A stretch of DNA of 37,986 nt, from the IMG/VR virus record IMGVR_UViG_3300017774_000620, positions 1 through 37,986 of that record. One strand, 5' to 3'. Within the stretch, counting starts at the first letter, position 1. Every line of letters starts with the position of its first letter. Below, in pieces: positions 15,519 to 23,582 of this stretch. This DNA comes from a virus (lineage: Duplodnaviria > Caudoviricetes). The translations under genes and the position numbers were made by a program. Under the pieces are notes generated by a model. It saw only the letters and a program-made list of their open reading frames with translations. It did not search any database and was not told the DNA's origin.

Positions 15519-15712
15519 TACATTGCCCCCTTAATAAGTGATACAACTTCATCAACGGTAATTTGTCCGCTTTTAATCTGTGTGTACAAAGTACGGCCAA
15601 AATAACGCTCATTTACATAACGGAACATTTTGTGAAAAGTGTCAAATGTAAAACCTGTACCAGTGTGAACATCTGTCATAAATTGATCAAGATTAACTTT
15701 TGTTGTAGTCAT
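15518..15712 (-). CDS. Hypothetical protein
   Basis: 64-aa ORF; GGAGGG RBS; TAATG coupling. Confidence 0.6.
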   Translation of the reverse strand: MTTTKVNLDQFMTDVHTGTGFTFDTFHKMFRYVNERYFGRTLYTQIKSGQITVDEVVSLIKGAM

Positions 15713-15837
15713 TATTTTCCCTCCAAAATGGTTGCTGGTGTGTCGCAGTTATAGCAATACGGTGCTACGCCGTCTTTAACAATTGCAACGCCTGAAATGT
15801 CGCAGGTAATGCATTTAACTTTTATGAATTGAGCCAT
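15712..15837 (-). CDS. Zn-finger microprotein
   Basis: MAQFIKVKCITCD...YCYNCD. Confidence 0.55.
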   Translation of the reverse strand: MAQFIKVKCITCDISGVAIVKDGVAPYCYNCDTPATILEGK

Positions 15838-15839
15838 GA

Positions 15840-16058
15840 TTACGCCCCGCTTCTTGGTTGTAGGTCAAACATAAAACTTTCATTGCGCTCAGAACCTAGA
15901 TCTTCTGACGCACACTTGTGAGCAAAAGGAATAGTGATGTAATTACCATAAGTATTAGTTGAAATGGTTTTTGGATCTGATAAATACCAATTACCTTTTT
16001 TAGATTGCGCCCAAACGAGATTGTTGCGCCCGCAACGCTTGCAAGCAGTAGTAGCCAT
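15840..16058 (-). CDS. Zn-ribbon-like protein
   Basis: CKRCG...WAQSKKGNW...HKC; first gene after the promoter. Confidence 0.65.
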   Translation of the reverse strand: MATTACKRCGRNNLVWAQSKKGNWYLSDPKTISTNTYGNYITIPFAHKCASEDLGSERNESFMFDLQPRSGA

Positions 16059-16100
16059 TTTGATGCCTTTCTTTGGGAGAGGATCTCCCTTACAAAGAAA

Positions 16101-16130
16101 AGATTACATGAAAAAGCAGACATTTGGCAA
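16101..16130 (-). promoter_or_regulatory. Sigma70-type promoter for the microprotein operon
   Basis: Minus strand TTGCCA-18 nt-TAATCT in the intergenic gap. Confidence 0.55.
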
Positions 16131-16177
16131 AAAATGTGCCACATTTTGTAAAAATGTTTTAGGTGACTGGTCAGGCC

Positions 16178-16558
16178 CTAAACGGGCATTTTGGCCCACA
16201 TTTGAACCCAAAGCCCAGGCGTGACCCCGTACTGCTTTGCCGCGGTCAGGCGTACAACCTGCCCATCATCACGGTAGGCAATGGCTGTAAGGCCGTCTAG
16301 GACTGCCCGCACCAGTTTGTCCAGGTCAGGGGCTACAGACGGCTCAGGGCGGTTTACGGTCTTTGGGCGGGCCATTGTGAAGATCATGTCAATTTCCACT
16401 GGCTCAATGTGGGGCTTCGCCCCTGCTTCCCTAGCCCGCAAAGCAATGGCAGAACGCCACGCGGCCAGTTCTGAACCTTTGGCATGAATGACATGCCCAT
16501 TGATGACTTTCATAGATCCTTGCGGAACTGGTTGGCCATCTACCTGAAAAGTAATCAC
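16178..16558 (-). CDS. rusA: RusA-like Holliday junction resolvase
   Basis: PVPQGS...PDLDKLVRAVLDGLT..AYRDDGQVV. Confidence 0.9.
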   Translation of the reverse strand: MITFQVDGQPVPQGSMKVINGHVIHAKGSELAAWRSAIALRAREAGAKPHIEPVEIDMIFTMARPKTVNRPEPSVAPDLDKLVRAVLDGLTAIAYRDDGQVVRLTAAKQYGVTPGLWVQMWAKMPV

Positions 16559-16743
16559 CTAATAAGTGTAATGAGATCCTGCGCTGTTGCAATTTGATCT
16601 GCACCCATTTCATTAACGCCATGAAAATCATAAACGCCAATGTGATCAGGGCCTTGAATGTACTTCACCATAAGATCATGATTATTAACTAATACATGAT
16701 CTCCTGGTTGCACAACTGCGGGATCAACTAATTGCTTAGTCAT
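16555..16743 (-). CDS. Hypothetical protein
   Basis: 62-aa ORF with AGGAGG RBS. Confidence 0.65.
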   Translation of the reverse strand: MTKQLVDPAVVQPGDHVLVNNHDLMVKYIQGPDHIGVYDFHGVNEMGADQIATAQDLITLIR

Positions 16744-16796
16744 AGTTCCTCCTGTAATGGTTACATTAATGGTAACAGTTACAGATAATGTTTGAG

Positions 16797-17609
16797 TTAT
16801 TTTGTAAAACTCTTTCTTAAAAGTTCTCTGAGTTCTGCGGGTATTGGAACTGCGTTGCGTTTCAATTCTTCCTGTTCTTTAAACCATTGTGCCGCCTGTT
16901 CTTTTTCTTGCTCTGATTTGATGCGCGCTTCTTGTAATTCTTTTTCTTTAATTTCTGCGGGTGAAAGATTACGGGGCGGTAAAGGTTCATCAAGCCACCT
17001 CTGAGCGTTTAACCAGGTGGAGGCATGGGCTGTGTACCCTTGTACTCTGTTTGGGTCTAATTTGTACCTTAGAGCGCCTTTAATGATTATGTCTGCATCA
17101 GTTGTACGGATTGCTTTTTCAAACGCTCTTTGAGCCGCGCCTTTACCAACCTTGATTGGGTAAACATTCCAAAAAGAAACAAACAACTCTTTTTTGCTTA
17201 TGTCTTTATCTTCTTCTTCCTCTTTATCTTCCTCTTTATGGTTCAACGATTGTTCAGCGTTTGTTAAACGCTTGTTCAAACCACGCGCAACAACTGATCT
17301 AGTTCCTGCAAATGATGCTTTTGCAGACTTCTCACGGATCTTTTCTAAGTCACCTTCAACCCTGGCATGAGTCCATAAATTACCTTCAACAATAAAAAAT
17401 TCTTCTAAAGTTGGCTTTGCATCTGCCCATTCTTCAGGGCTTAAACGCGCCACATGTGACAAGCGTTCATTGCTGTTATCCAATGCCTTACCGCGTTGCC
17501 AGTAATTCATTAGCAAAAGCATGTAAGCGCCATGTTGTTGCGCTGTTAGGTGCGCTGTATCTGCCAGGTAATCAGAAACATACAACTGCATGTACGGTAG
17601 TGAAGTCAT
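16797..17609 (-). CDS. Replication initiator-like protein (YdaU/DUF1376-type N-terminus)
   Basis: LPYMQLYVSDYLADTAHLTAQQHGAYMLLLMNYW; C-terminal FWNVYP.KVGK..A and ASTWLNAQRWLDE; internal iteron-like repeats. Confidence 0.8.
   Translation of the reverse strand: MTSLPYMQLYVSDYLADTAHLTAQQHGAYMLLLMNYWQRGKALDNSNERLSHVARLSPEEWADAKPTLEEFFIVEGNLWTHARVEGDLEKIREKSAKASFAGTRSVVARGLNKRLTNAEQSLNHKEEDKEEEEDKDISKKELFVSFWNVYPIKVGKGAAQRAFEKAIRTTDADIIIKGALRYKLDPNRVQGYTAHASTWLNAQRWLDEPLPPRNLSPAEIKEKELQEARIKSEQEKEQAAQWFKEQEELKRNAVPIPAELRELLRKSFTK
17239..17282. repeat. Four tandem 11-bp iteron-like repeats (putative origin)
   Basis: tggttcaacga / ttgttcagcgt / ttgttaaacgc / ttgttcaaacc. Confidence 0.6.
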
Positions 17610-17947
17610 TTTGCCCCCTTACATTCTTTAATTTGATCTAATGTAATTCCCATTTGTTGTAATGCAATAAGTCCTCTAATGCGTTGATTGGGATACTTCA
17701 ACGGTTGATCAATGCTTGCTCTTTCCTGGCTTGTCATGCCGCCCCACATTCCGTAATTTTCATGTTGGAACGCGTAGGTTAAACAATCTTTCCAAATAGG
17801 GCAAGAGACGCAAATAGCCCGCACTGAATTGATGTGATCATAAGCATTTACAGATCTTTCTTCTTCTATGTCATAAAAAAGATCTGTGTAAATTTCTAAA
17901 CGCTTACACTCTGCTTTTTCCCAATCTACTTCTGAATACTCGGACAA
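17606..17947 (-). CDS. whiB: WhiB-family transcription factor
   Basis: W..AEC...ICVSCPIWKDCLTYA...GMWGGMTSQER; probable TTG start at 17947. Confidence 0.9.
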   Translation of the reverse strand: MSEYSEVDWEKAECKRLEIYTDLFYDIEEERSVNAYDHINSVRAICVSCPIWKDCLTYAFQHENYGMWGGMTSQERASIDQPLKYPNQRIRGLIALQQMGITLDQIKECKGAK

Positions 17948-18597
17948 CCTTTTTCCCCTGTCGGATCGTAGTAGGGGCAGAAATCTGCACAAAACGCCAA
18001 CGGCTTTTCAGGTTTAGGTTTTAATTGTTGCGCCACCATGTCACGCGTTTTTTCCAAATGATCCAACGCCTCTAATGCAATGGCTTCATCATAAGGTTGG
18101 TTGTAAACCAAAATGTCTGACATTTTTCCATCTCGCGGGATACCAACAAGCGCTACATCTTCAACAATGTAACCATTCTGTTTCAATAAATAACCGTAAA
18201 GGTGAACCTGCCAAACCTGTTGCCTGTTATTACTTCCAAAATAACGGCCAGTACCTTTCTTGATTGTTTTCCAATCAATTACGGTGTGACTAATTTTGTC
18301 ATAGCAATCCACATGTCCAGGAACACCATTGGCTTCTACTGCTATTTCTAATTCATACTGCATACCAAAAGGATCTTCACGGCGTATTGCTTCTTCAATA
18401 CCTGTGTGAATGTAAGTTCCCAGGATTGCGGCTAATTTGTCACCTGTGTTTGTTGGCTCAGTCTGCGCTATGTCATGCCAAAGTCTGCGCTGACACCCTC
18501 CAATTGCAGATGGCCCAACGGCTGTTTGTTGTGATCTAGCCCTGGCATTGTCGTTGGCTACTAAAGTTTTAGTAACCATCTCCTGTAAATCAATCAT
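17926..18597 (-). CDS. Cas4-like PD-(D/E)xK exonuclease
   Basis: GPSAIGGCQR, GHVDCYD, IDWKT, QVHLYG, and a C-terminal Cys cluster FCADFCPY...C. Confidence 0.85.
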   Translation of the reverse strand: MIDLQEMVTKTLVANDNARARSQQTAVGPSAIGGCQRRLWHDIAQTEPTNTGDKLAAILGTYIHTGIEEAIRREDPFGMQYELEIAVEANGVPGHVDCYDKISHTVIDWKTIKKGTGRYFGSNNRQQVWQVHLYGYLLKQNGYIVEDVALVGIPRDGKMSDILVYNQPYDEAIALEALDHLEKTRDMVAQQLKPKPEKPLAFCADFCPYYDPTGEKGCPSIQK

Positions 18598-18767
18598 AAA
18601 TTATCCTCATTCCATTGTGGGCCGCGTAAATTTTCCATAACTTTCATGTGTTCTAGTTCTAATGCAACCAGTTTTTTTTGGATTTTGTACAACTTCCATG
18701 TCATGTTAAATAAATACAGCCAATAACCGCAAAATAAACCCACTAAAAAAACAATAAATGTAATCAT
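18594..18767 (-). CDS. Small membrane protein
   Basis: MITFIVFLVGLFCGYWLYLF...; ATGA overlaps on both sides. Confidence 0.55.
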   Translation of the reverse strand: MITFIVFLVGLFCGYWLYLFNMTWKLYKIQKKLVALELEHMKVMENLRGPQWNEDNL

Positions 18768-19132
18768 GTGAGATCCATACTGGTGCGCACTGATGTTCCT
18801 ACTGAGCGGGCAATGTCCACCTGCATCTTGAGCCTGTTGGTATTAGCGCGGGAGGCTAAAATTTTGGCTTGAATAATTGCTAGATCTTTGTGCAATTCTT
18901 CATTTTGAACTAACGCTAAATCTTCTCTTTCTCCTACTGTGTAATTTTTACCATTAGGAGCAGATTTAGTGGACAAGGTGATGCGAGATTTAGCCATAGC
19001 AATTTCATAATCCGCTTTAACGCTGTGGTAAATAGTTTCAACTTCTACCAAAACTTTATGCGCTTCATCTACCTCTTTTGAAAGTCCGCGTAATTTTTGC
19101 TCCACCATTGCGGGCGTAATAATTTCAGACAT
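18764..19132 (-). CDS. Coiled-coil protein, possibly a UvsY-like recombination mediator
   Basis: MSEIITP start with GAGG RBS; helical; TVGERE...IARSVG pattern; lies in the recombination module. Confidence 0.5.
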   Translation of the reverse strand: MSEIITPAMVEQKLRGLSKEVDEAHKVLVEVETIYHSVKADYEIAMAKSRITLSTKSAPNGKNYTVGEREDLALVQNEELHKDLAIIQAKILASRANTNRLKMQVDIARSVGTSVRTSMDLT

Positions 19133-19250
19133 GGCTGACCTCTTTTTTTGCTTCATAACCAGCATCAAACGCCATGCGCAGGTTGTACAACTCTTTTTGC
19201 GCTTCTATTTTTGCCCACCAAACCCAAAAGGCTTTTTCTTGCTCACTCAT
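19125..19250 (-). CDS. Hypothetical microprotein
   Basis: MSEQEKAFWVWWAK...AFDAGY; AGGAGG RBS. Confidence 0.55.
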   Translation of the reverse strand: MSEQEKAFWVWWAKIEAQKELYNLRMAFDAGYEAKKEVSHV

Positions 19251-19515
19251 TATTTGTTTCCTCCTGTACAGGATCTTGTACAACCTTCAAACCTTCTGTT
19301 GATTTCTTCTCTTGTATTTTAATTACTTTGCCCGCATCTGATGACAAATTAAAAGGATCAGGCACAAGTTGAAAACCCATCTCTGACATTGCCTCTGCTA
19401 GTGCTTCAGGGAAAATTTCTAACTGTGATGCAACCGCTCTAATGCCAACCATGTTTTGATGTACCGCAACGATAAATCCAGGGTCAGGTTGAAACTTCTT
19501 ATCTTTGTTACTCAT
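19243..19515 (-). CDS. Hypothetical protein
   Basis: 90-aa coupled ORF. Confidence 0.6.
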   Translation of the reverse strand: MSNKDKKFQPDPGFIVAVHQNMVGIRAVASQLEIFPEALAEAMSEMGFQLVPDPFNLSSDAGKVIKIQEKKSTEGLKVVQDPVQEETNNE

Positions 19516-19703
19516 GATAAAACCTCTAAAGAATTAATAAAACGGCGCAAATCGCTTTCTTTAAAACGGATTGATTTGCCAATTCTTACGCATTGCAATT
19601 TTTCTTCTTGCATTAAACGGTAAATTGTTGATTTACTTAATGAAGTTCTTTCCATAACTTCTGTAACTTTTAATAAACGATCTCCATTATTTTGATTGTT
19701 CAT
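19512..19703 (-). CDS. AlpA/excisionase-like HTH protein
   Basis: LLKVTEVMERTSLSKSTIYRL...RIGKSIRF. Confidence 0.85.
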   Translation of the reverse strand: MNNQNNGDRLLKVTEVMERTSLSKSTIYRLMQEEKLQCVRIGKSIRFKESDLRRFINSLEVLS

Positions 19704-20005
19704 AGCATCATTCCTTCCTCTACTGCGCGGTAAACCAAGCAGTCATTGTTGTGGTGGTTTTTTCTAAATGTGCCTGCCCAAATGATGTAGCCATCTTTAA
19801 TCAGGCTAATCCTGGTTGGGCGTACTGTGTTTCCTTCAATGCCTAACGCTTTTTCTATTTCTTGATCTGTAGCGCCACGCAAACCCTGCTTCAAAATGTA
19901 CTCATACACCTTGCGGCGCAATGATCCAGTTCTAGGCAATGCTTTCATAGCCGCGGCTATTGATGTTGGTTGTGCATTGCGCGCAATGATGACCTTGTTA
20001 TCCAT
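19700..20005 (-). CDS. Winged-helix DNA-binding protein
   Basis: TSIAAA...GATDQEIEKALGI..NTVRPTRISL. Confidence 0.7.
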   Translation of the reverse strand: MDNKVIIARNAQPTSIAAAMKALPRTGSLRRKVYEYILKQGLRGATDQEIEKALGIEGNTVRPTRISLIKDGYIIWAGTFRKNHHNNDCLVYRAVEEGMML

Positions 20006-20588
20006 TGAGAGCCGCCCTGCGTGTCAAAAGGTGATCACGCAAAGTTGCACCTTCAATTACAACATCAAGCAAATCAAGATTTAATTGCCATGCGCTTCTG
20101 AGTTCTTCCTCTGTTGTTTTAGTTTCAATTAAACTAAAAACTGCAAATGCACCTGCTTTTTCTTCTTCTGTGTACTCACGCTTTGCCGCAGGTGCTTTGG
20201 CTTGTGGCGCTTCGGTTGATTTTGTTTGGCGGTTGCGCACTTCTTCAGATGATGCAATGCCTTTCTTTGTATCAACAGCAAGAGCGGCAACCATTGCGCG
20301 CCCCCATGCGGCTGTTTCCGCGTTTTGTAACTCAGAGTCACGGGTGAAGTTAGTTGGCCCTGGGATTGGCTCGTATGCCCAACCAACGCCAGGCAATTGA
20401 TCATCAGGTGTGCGGTATGCCGCGGCGCTGTACACCATGTAACTTTTAATGTTTCCGTCAGGCATTTTTACTTCAATTACATACGGATCTTTCCATGACT
20501 GTAATGAACCTGTTGGGTACTTCTCACGGAATTCAATAATGCGTGTTGCCACATCAATGTAATCTAATGGGCCTTTGTAACTAGCCAT
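19998..20588 (-). CDS. Putative single-strand annealing recombinase (Rad52/Sak-like)
   Basis: YIDVATRI..FREKYP, NAETAAWGRA, IASSEEV; near the Cas4-like exonuclease. Confidence 0.6.
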   Translation of the reverse strand: MASYKGPLDYIDVATRIIEFREKYPTGSLQSWKDPYVIEVKMPDGNIKSYMVYSAAAYRTPDDQLPGVGWAYEPIPGPTNFTRDSELQNAETAAWGRAMVAALAVDTKKGIASSEEVRNRQTKSTEAPQAKAPAAKREYTEEEKAGAFAVFSLIETKTTEEELRSAWQLNLDLLDVVIEGATLRDHLLTRRAALNG

Positions 20589-20779
20589 TATGCAACCGCC
20601 TTTCTTGCGCAAATTTCAGAGCAGTAACTTTCTTTTGTAATTGTTGTGCCAACAGTTTTTGTGTAAGTAGTCATGCCGTTGTAAAAATCGGCTGTATTTC
20701 CGCACATGTCGCAAACAAAAACCATCTTGATTTGACCTGTAATTGTTGTGCCATTTTCATCAATAAGTCTGTGACCCAT
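20588..20779 (-). CDS. Zn-binding small protein
   Basis: CDMCG...YCSEICA; AGGAAGG RBS. Confidence 0.6.
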   Translation of the reverse strand: MGHRLIDENGTTITGQIKMVFVCDMCGNTADFYNGMTTYTKTVGTTITKESYCSEICARKAVA

Positions 20780-20914
20780 TTTCTAGCCTTCCTGTTAGGG
20801 GCTAACTAGCCCGTGTAAGGAGGATTGAACACCATGCCACTGACAAATACAAGAACCCCGTAATTTATGTGCCTGGCGTGTTGTTGATGGCATACTTAGA
20901 TCCAGGGGGAAATT

Positions 20915-21121
20915 ATGGCTTATTCACAAATCTCAATCCGTTTAGGCGGCCTTATCGTGGAGTTGGGAACTGAAGCCCAATACCCCGACATGGTTAGCGA
21001 TTTAACCAACCGTTGCTTAACAACCTTCAAAGACGCAATGGACAAGGCAACAGAGCATGGCGTTGATGTTTCTGACATGCGCCTGATCACATCTGAGTAT
21101 TCAGATGATGATGATGATTAA
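20915..21121 (+). CDS. Hypothetical protein with acidic tail (lone plus-strand gene)
   Basis: AGGGGG RBS; 68 aa ending SDDDDD. Confidence 0.65.
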   Translation: MAYSQISIRLGGLIVELGTEAQYPDMVSDLTNRCLTTFKDAMDKATEHGVDVSDMRLITSEYSDDDDD

Positions 21122-21321
21122 GGTTTAACTAAGCACAACCCTAAAATGTGCAAATCTTTAATCTGTTGCGTGGCATCTTTTTTGGTGGGCGCATCTTCTA
21201 CAGCGGGATTGTCAAACCATCTAGGTATCCAGTTGCCAAAAACTTTATGGCACTCAGATTTGTCATAACAATCCCAACCCATGTCATGTTTGAAATAAAT
21301 TACTTCACAACATTTAGCCAT
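21118..21321 (-). CDS. Hypothetical Cys/His protein
   Basis: 67-aa ORF overlapping the upstream gene end. Confidence 0.55.
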   Translation of the reverse strand: MAKCCEVIYFKHDMGWDCYDKSECHKVFGNWIPRWFDNPAVEDAPTKKDATQQIKDLHILGLCLVKP

Positions 21322-21574
21322 CTATCTGCACCAACCTTTTTACAGTGTTGATTGCAGAGTTAATTAAATTGGGCATTTCTGAGTATTCTTCACTGCGCCG
21401 CAAATCCGCATACACCTCAGCATCACTTAATAAATCTTGATGTGTAACTTTATCAAGTTCTACTTCAGTTAATAATTTACCTTGTGCAATAATTTGTATT
21501 CTATTTTCATAACAATCATCACAGCGGTTGAGATGATCATTTAAGAAAAGCGTTGGAACTTTGTACTTTGCCAT
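21314..21574 (-). CDS. Hypothetical protein
   Basis: AGGAAGG RBS; follows an AT-rich promoter-like region. Confidence 0.65.
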   Translation of the reverse strand: MAKYKVPTLFLNDHLNRCDDCYENRIQIIAQGKLLTEVELDKVTHQDLLSDAEVYADLRRSEEYSEMPNLINSAINTVKRLVQIDG

Positions 21575-21743
21575 TTGAACCTTCCTGTTCCCTCACTTTG
21601 AGGTTATAGGATAATTATACTTTTTGAGGTTTTTTACTTTTTAATTTTATGTAATTTATTTTGCAAGTCACGCGTAAAGAAATTGCGACACACCGCAAAA
21701 ACGCAAATGCCACTTACGATTTGACAGCCAAAATCAAGGTTTT

Positions 21744-22775
21744 TTAATCAAGCCATACCTGGTATTGAGCCGTTGTTCTGCCCTTAATTGGATCTACAAA
21801 GTGCAAACGCTGTGACGGTCTGCCACTAGCGGCCATTGAGTCACGGGCATAACGGTTATCTGACTCTGTTGAGCCTGTCCAATAAATGTTGTAGTGCTTT
21901 TGAATTGGCTCTTGTGCATGTCGGTGATAGTGACCTAGAAAAATGTCGTGGAAATCGTAATCGTGTGCGCCAGCCTTCCAACGGTTAGCGCCTGCAATCC
22001 ATGCCGCAGGGCTTGCAAATCCTGAGCGGCCTAATTCATCACCGTGCATAAGCAGGGCGCGGTAGTTTCCAATCTCAACTTCTTGAATGTCCTCTGGGCA
22101 ATCTTCCCAAATTAAACGGGTTTCTCCTGCAAGGATCTGACGGCTCATTTCATAAACCATTCTGTCCACATTGTCAGATTTTGGAACTTCTGCGCGCTTG
22201 CCACCAATGCGCCCATGATTTCCCCACTCTGCAATCACTGTAACCTTTTCAAAATTGGCTAACATCTCGCGCACAAAATCCACGCAAAGCCTTGAAACCG
22301 TTGTGAACTGGCCAAACAATGAAGCGTCTATTTGCCATAACTGCGCAGGATAATTGAACAAACCTTCAACCATGTCACCGCCAAACATCACCACACATTC
22401 ATTTACAGGGTGATGGTGGCGTTGTAGATCAGTTAAATGCACAACCTTTTCAGAAAATTGCATAACCCGATTACGCATGATTTCACTGTTGTAACTGGTT
22501 GTAACTTTTGCGCCTTGCCAATCCGTTGAATGGATCAATGCCACTTCAGCATTAATTTTGCGCTTATCTTTTTGTGGCGCAGAAACAGGTGGCACTTTGC
22601 CCAATGAAATCATTGCGTCATAAGCGCCACGGTGAGTTGCCTCAACCAAATCTTCACTGCGCTCTTTGGATTGCTTGAGTTGTTTTTGTAATCGCAAAAT
22701 AACCTGGCGTAGTTCTTTTACATCTTGTGACTCAATGCCTTCAGGCATGTCCTGTAATCTTTTTTCAAGGCTCAT
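21744..22775 (-). CDS. Calcineurin-like metallophosphoesterase with N-terminal coiled coil
   Basis: STDWQ, GGDMVEG, GNHGR, HGD and GHYH motifs. Confidence 0.85.
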   Translation of the reverse strand: MSLEKRLQDMPEGIESQDVKELRQVILRLQKQLKQSKERSEDLVEATHRGAYDAMISLGKVPPVSAPQKDKRKINAEVALIHSTDWQGAKVTTSYNSEIMRNRVMQFSEKVVHLTDLQRHHHPVNECVVMFGGDMVEGLFNYPAQLWQIDASLFGQFTTVSRLCVDFVREMLANFEKVTVIAEWGNHGRIGGKRAEVPKSDNVDRMVYEMSRQILAGETRLIWEDCPEDIQEVEIGNYRALLMHGDELGRSGFASPAAWIAGANRWKAGAHDYDFHDIFLGHYHRHAQEPIQKHYNIYWTGSTESDNRYARDSMAASGRPSQRLHFVDPIKGRTTAQYQVWLD

Positions 22776-23028
22776 TTGTAAACACAATCTCCTTGCCGTG
22801 GTGTGTGTAGCCTTCTTTGTCTATCCAACTATCTTCATGTTCTAAGTTGGCTGTAATCCGTACTGACTTTGCCGCATCAAACATCAACGCAACAATGGCG
22901 GGATCAATGTCCTCTATGTCTAAGAGAGCGCCCCACATACGGCCTATGGCTGTAAAGTTTTTGCGAGCGCTCCCGTATTCATGTTGGCGGTCATCAAGAA
23001 CTTCATCTACGCTTTTGGACACCTGCAA
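22765..23028 (-). CDS. DUF6378-like protein
   Basis: RQHEYGSARKNFTAIGRMW...K..R....HEDSWID..GY. Confidence 0.7.
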   Translation of the reverse strand: MQVSKSVDEVLDDRQHEYGSARKNFTAIGRMWGALLDIEDIDPAIVALMFDAAKSVRITANLEHEDSWIDKEGYTHHGKEIVFTNEP

Positions 23029-23255
23029 GTTCCACTTCTATGTAGTCTGATTGTGTCTGAACTGCATTTGTGACCGTCTGCCCGCAAAGCCTGCACAATT
23101 AAATTAACAGGGTAATTATTTTCCCATGCTTTATTTAAAGTTTTTTGATCTTCTACTGGCAAATTTTCATACATAATTTGATAAGCGCAAACGCCACCTT
23201 CACGCCTAATAGTTCTTTTACTAATAATTTCTTCAAACGCTTTATCTAATGCCAT
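23007..23255 (-). CDS. Small Cys/His DNA-binding-like protein
   Basis: C...IVQALRADGH...TIRLHRSGTCRC; AAGGAGG RBS. Confidence 0.6.
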   Translation of the reverse strand: MALDKAFEEIISKRTIRREGGVCAYQIMYENLPVEDQKTLNKAWENNYPVNLIVQALRADGHKCSSDTIRLHRSGTCRCPKA

Positions 23256-23287
23256 GTGTTGCCTCCTTGCGCAAAGCGTACCGCAAA

Positions 23288-23314
23288 GTAAAAAGCCCCG
23301 CGTTAGCAGGGCCG
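23288..23314 (-). terminator. Terminator after the lysis genes
   Basis: Minus strand GCCCTGC-TAAC-GCGGGGC-TTTTT. Confidence 0.65.
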
Positions 23315-23328
23315 TTTACTTAATCCGT

Positions 23329-23580
23329 TTACTTTTTTGAAGTGGTTTTCTTTTTGCTTGCCTTTGCCAATTTATCAATTTCTGCAATTGCTAGATCTGC
23401 TACTAGGCCAAATGCAGGATCACTTTTATCAATGCCGCGGATAGCAGGGCCAACAACTGCCGCCGCTGTAGCAAATGCAAGCGCCTTAATGTCAGTTACC
23501 CCTGCCGCATAAAGCGCAACAGCGGTTACTGCAAAGTGACGGATTGCTGATTTCAACATGTCTAGGTGCTTCTTTTCCAT
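23329..23580 (-). CDS. Putative holin
   Basis: Hydrophobic segments, DKSDPAFG and a basic tail; follows the endolysin. Confidence 0.6.
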   Translation of the reverse strand: MEKKHLDMLKSAIRHFAVTAVALYAAGVTDIKALAFATAAAVVGPAIRGIDKSDPAFGLVADLAIAEIDKLAKASKKKTTSKK

Positions 23581-23582
23581 TT

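Noticed and set aside
15358-15612. 84-aa alternative minus-strand ORF
   Set aside because: It overlaps two better-supported, RBS-bearing, TAATG-coupled ORFs in other frames.
17926-18597. Cas4-like gene as evidence of a CRISPR system
   Set aside because: No other cas genes or array; solo Cas4-like nucleases are common in phage recombination modules.
19512-19703. Excisionase-like gene as evidence of lysogeny
   Set aside because: No integrase or att site seen; this HTH family is also common as a plain regulator.
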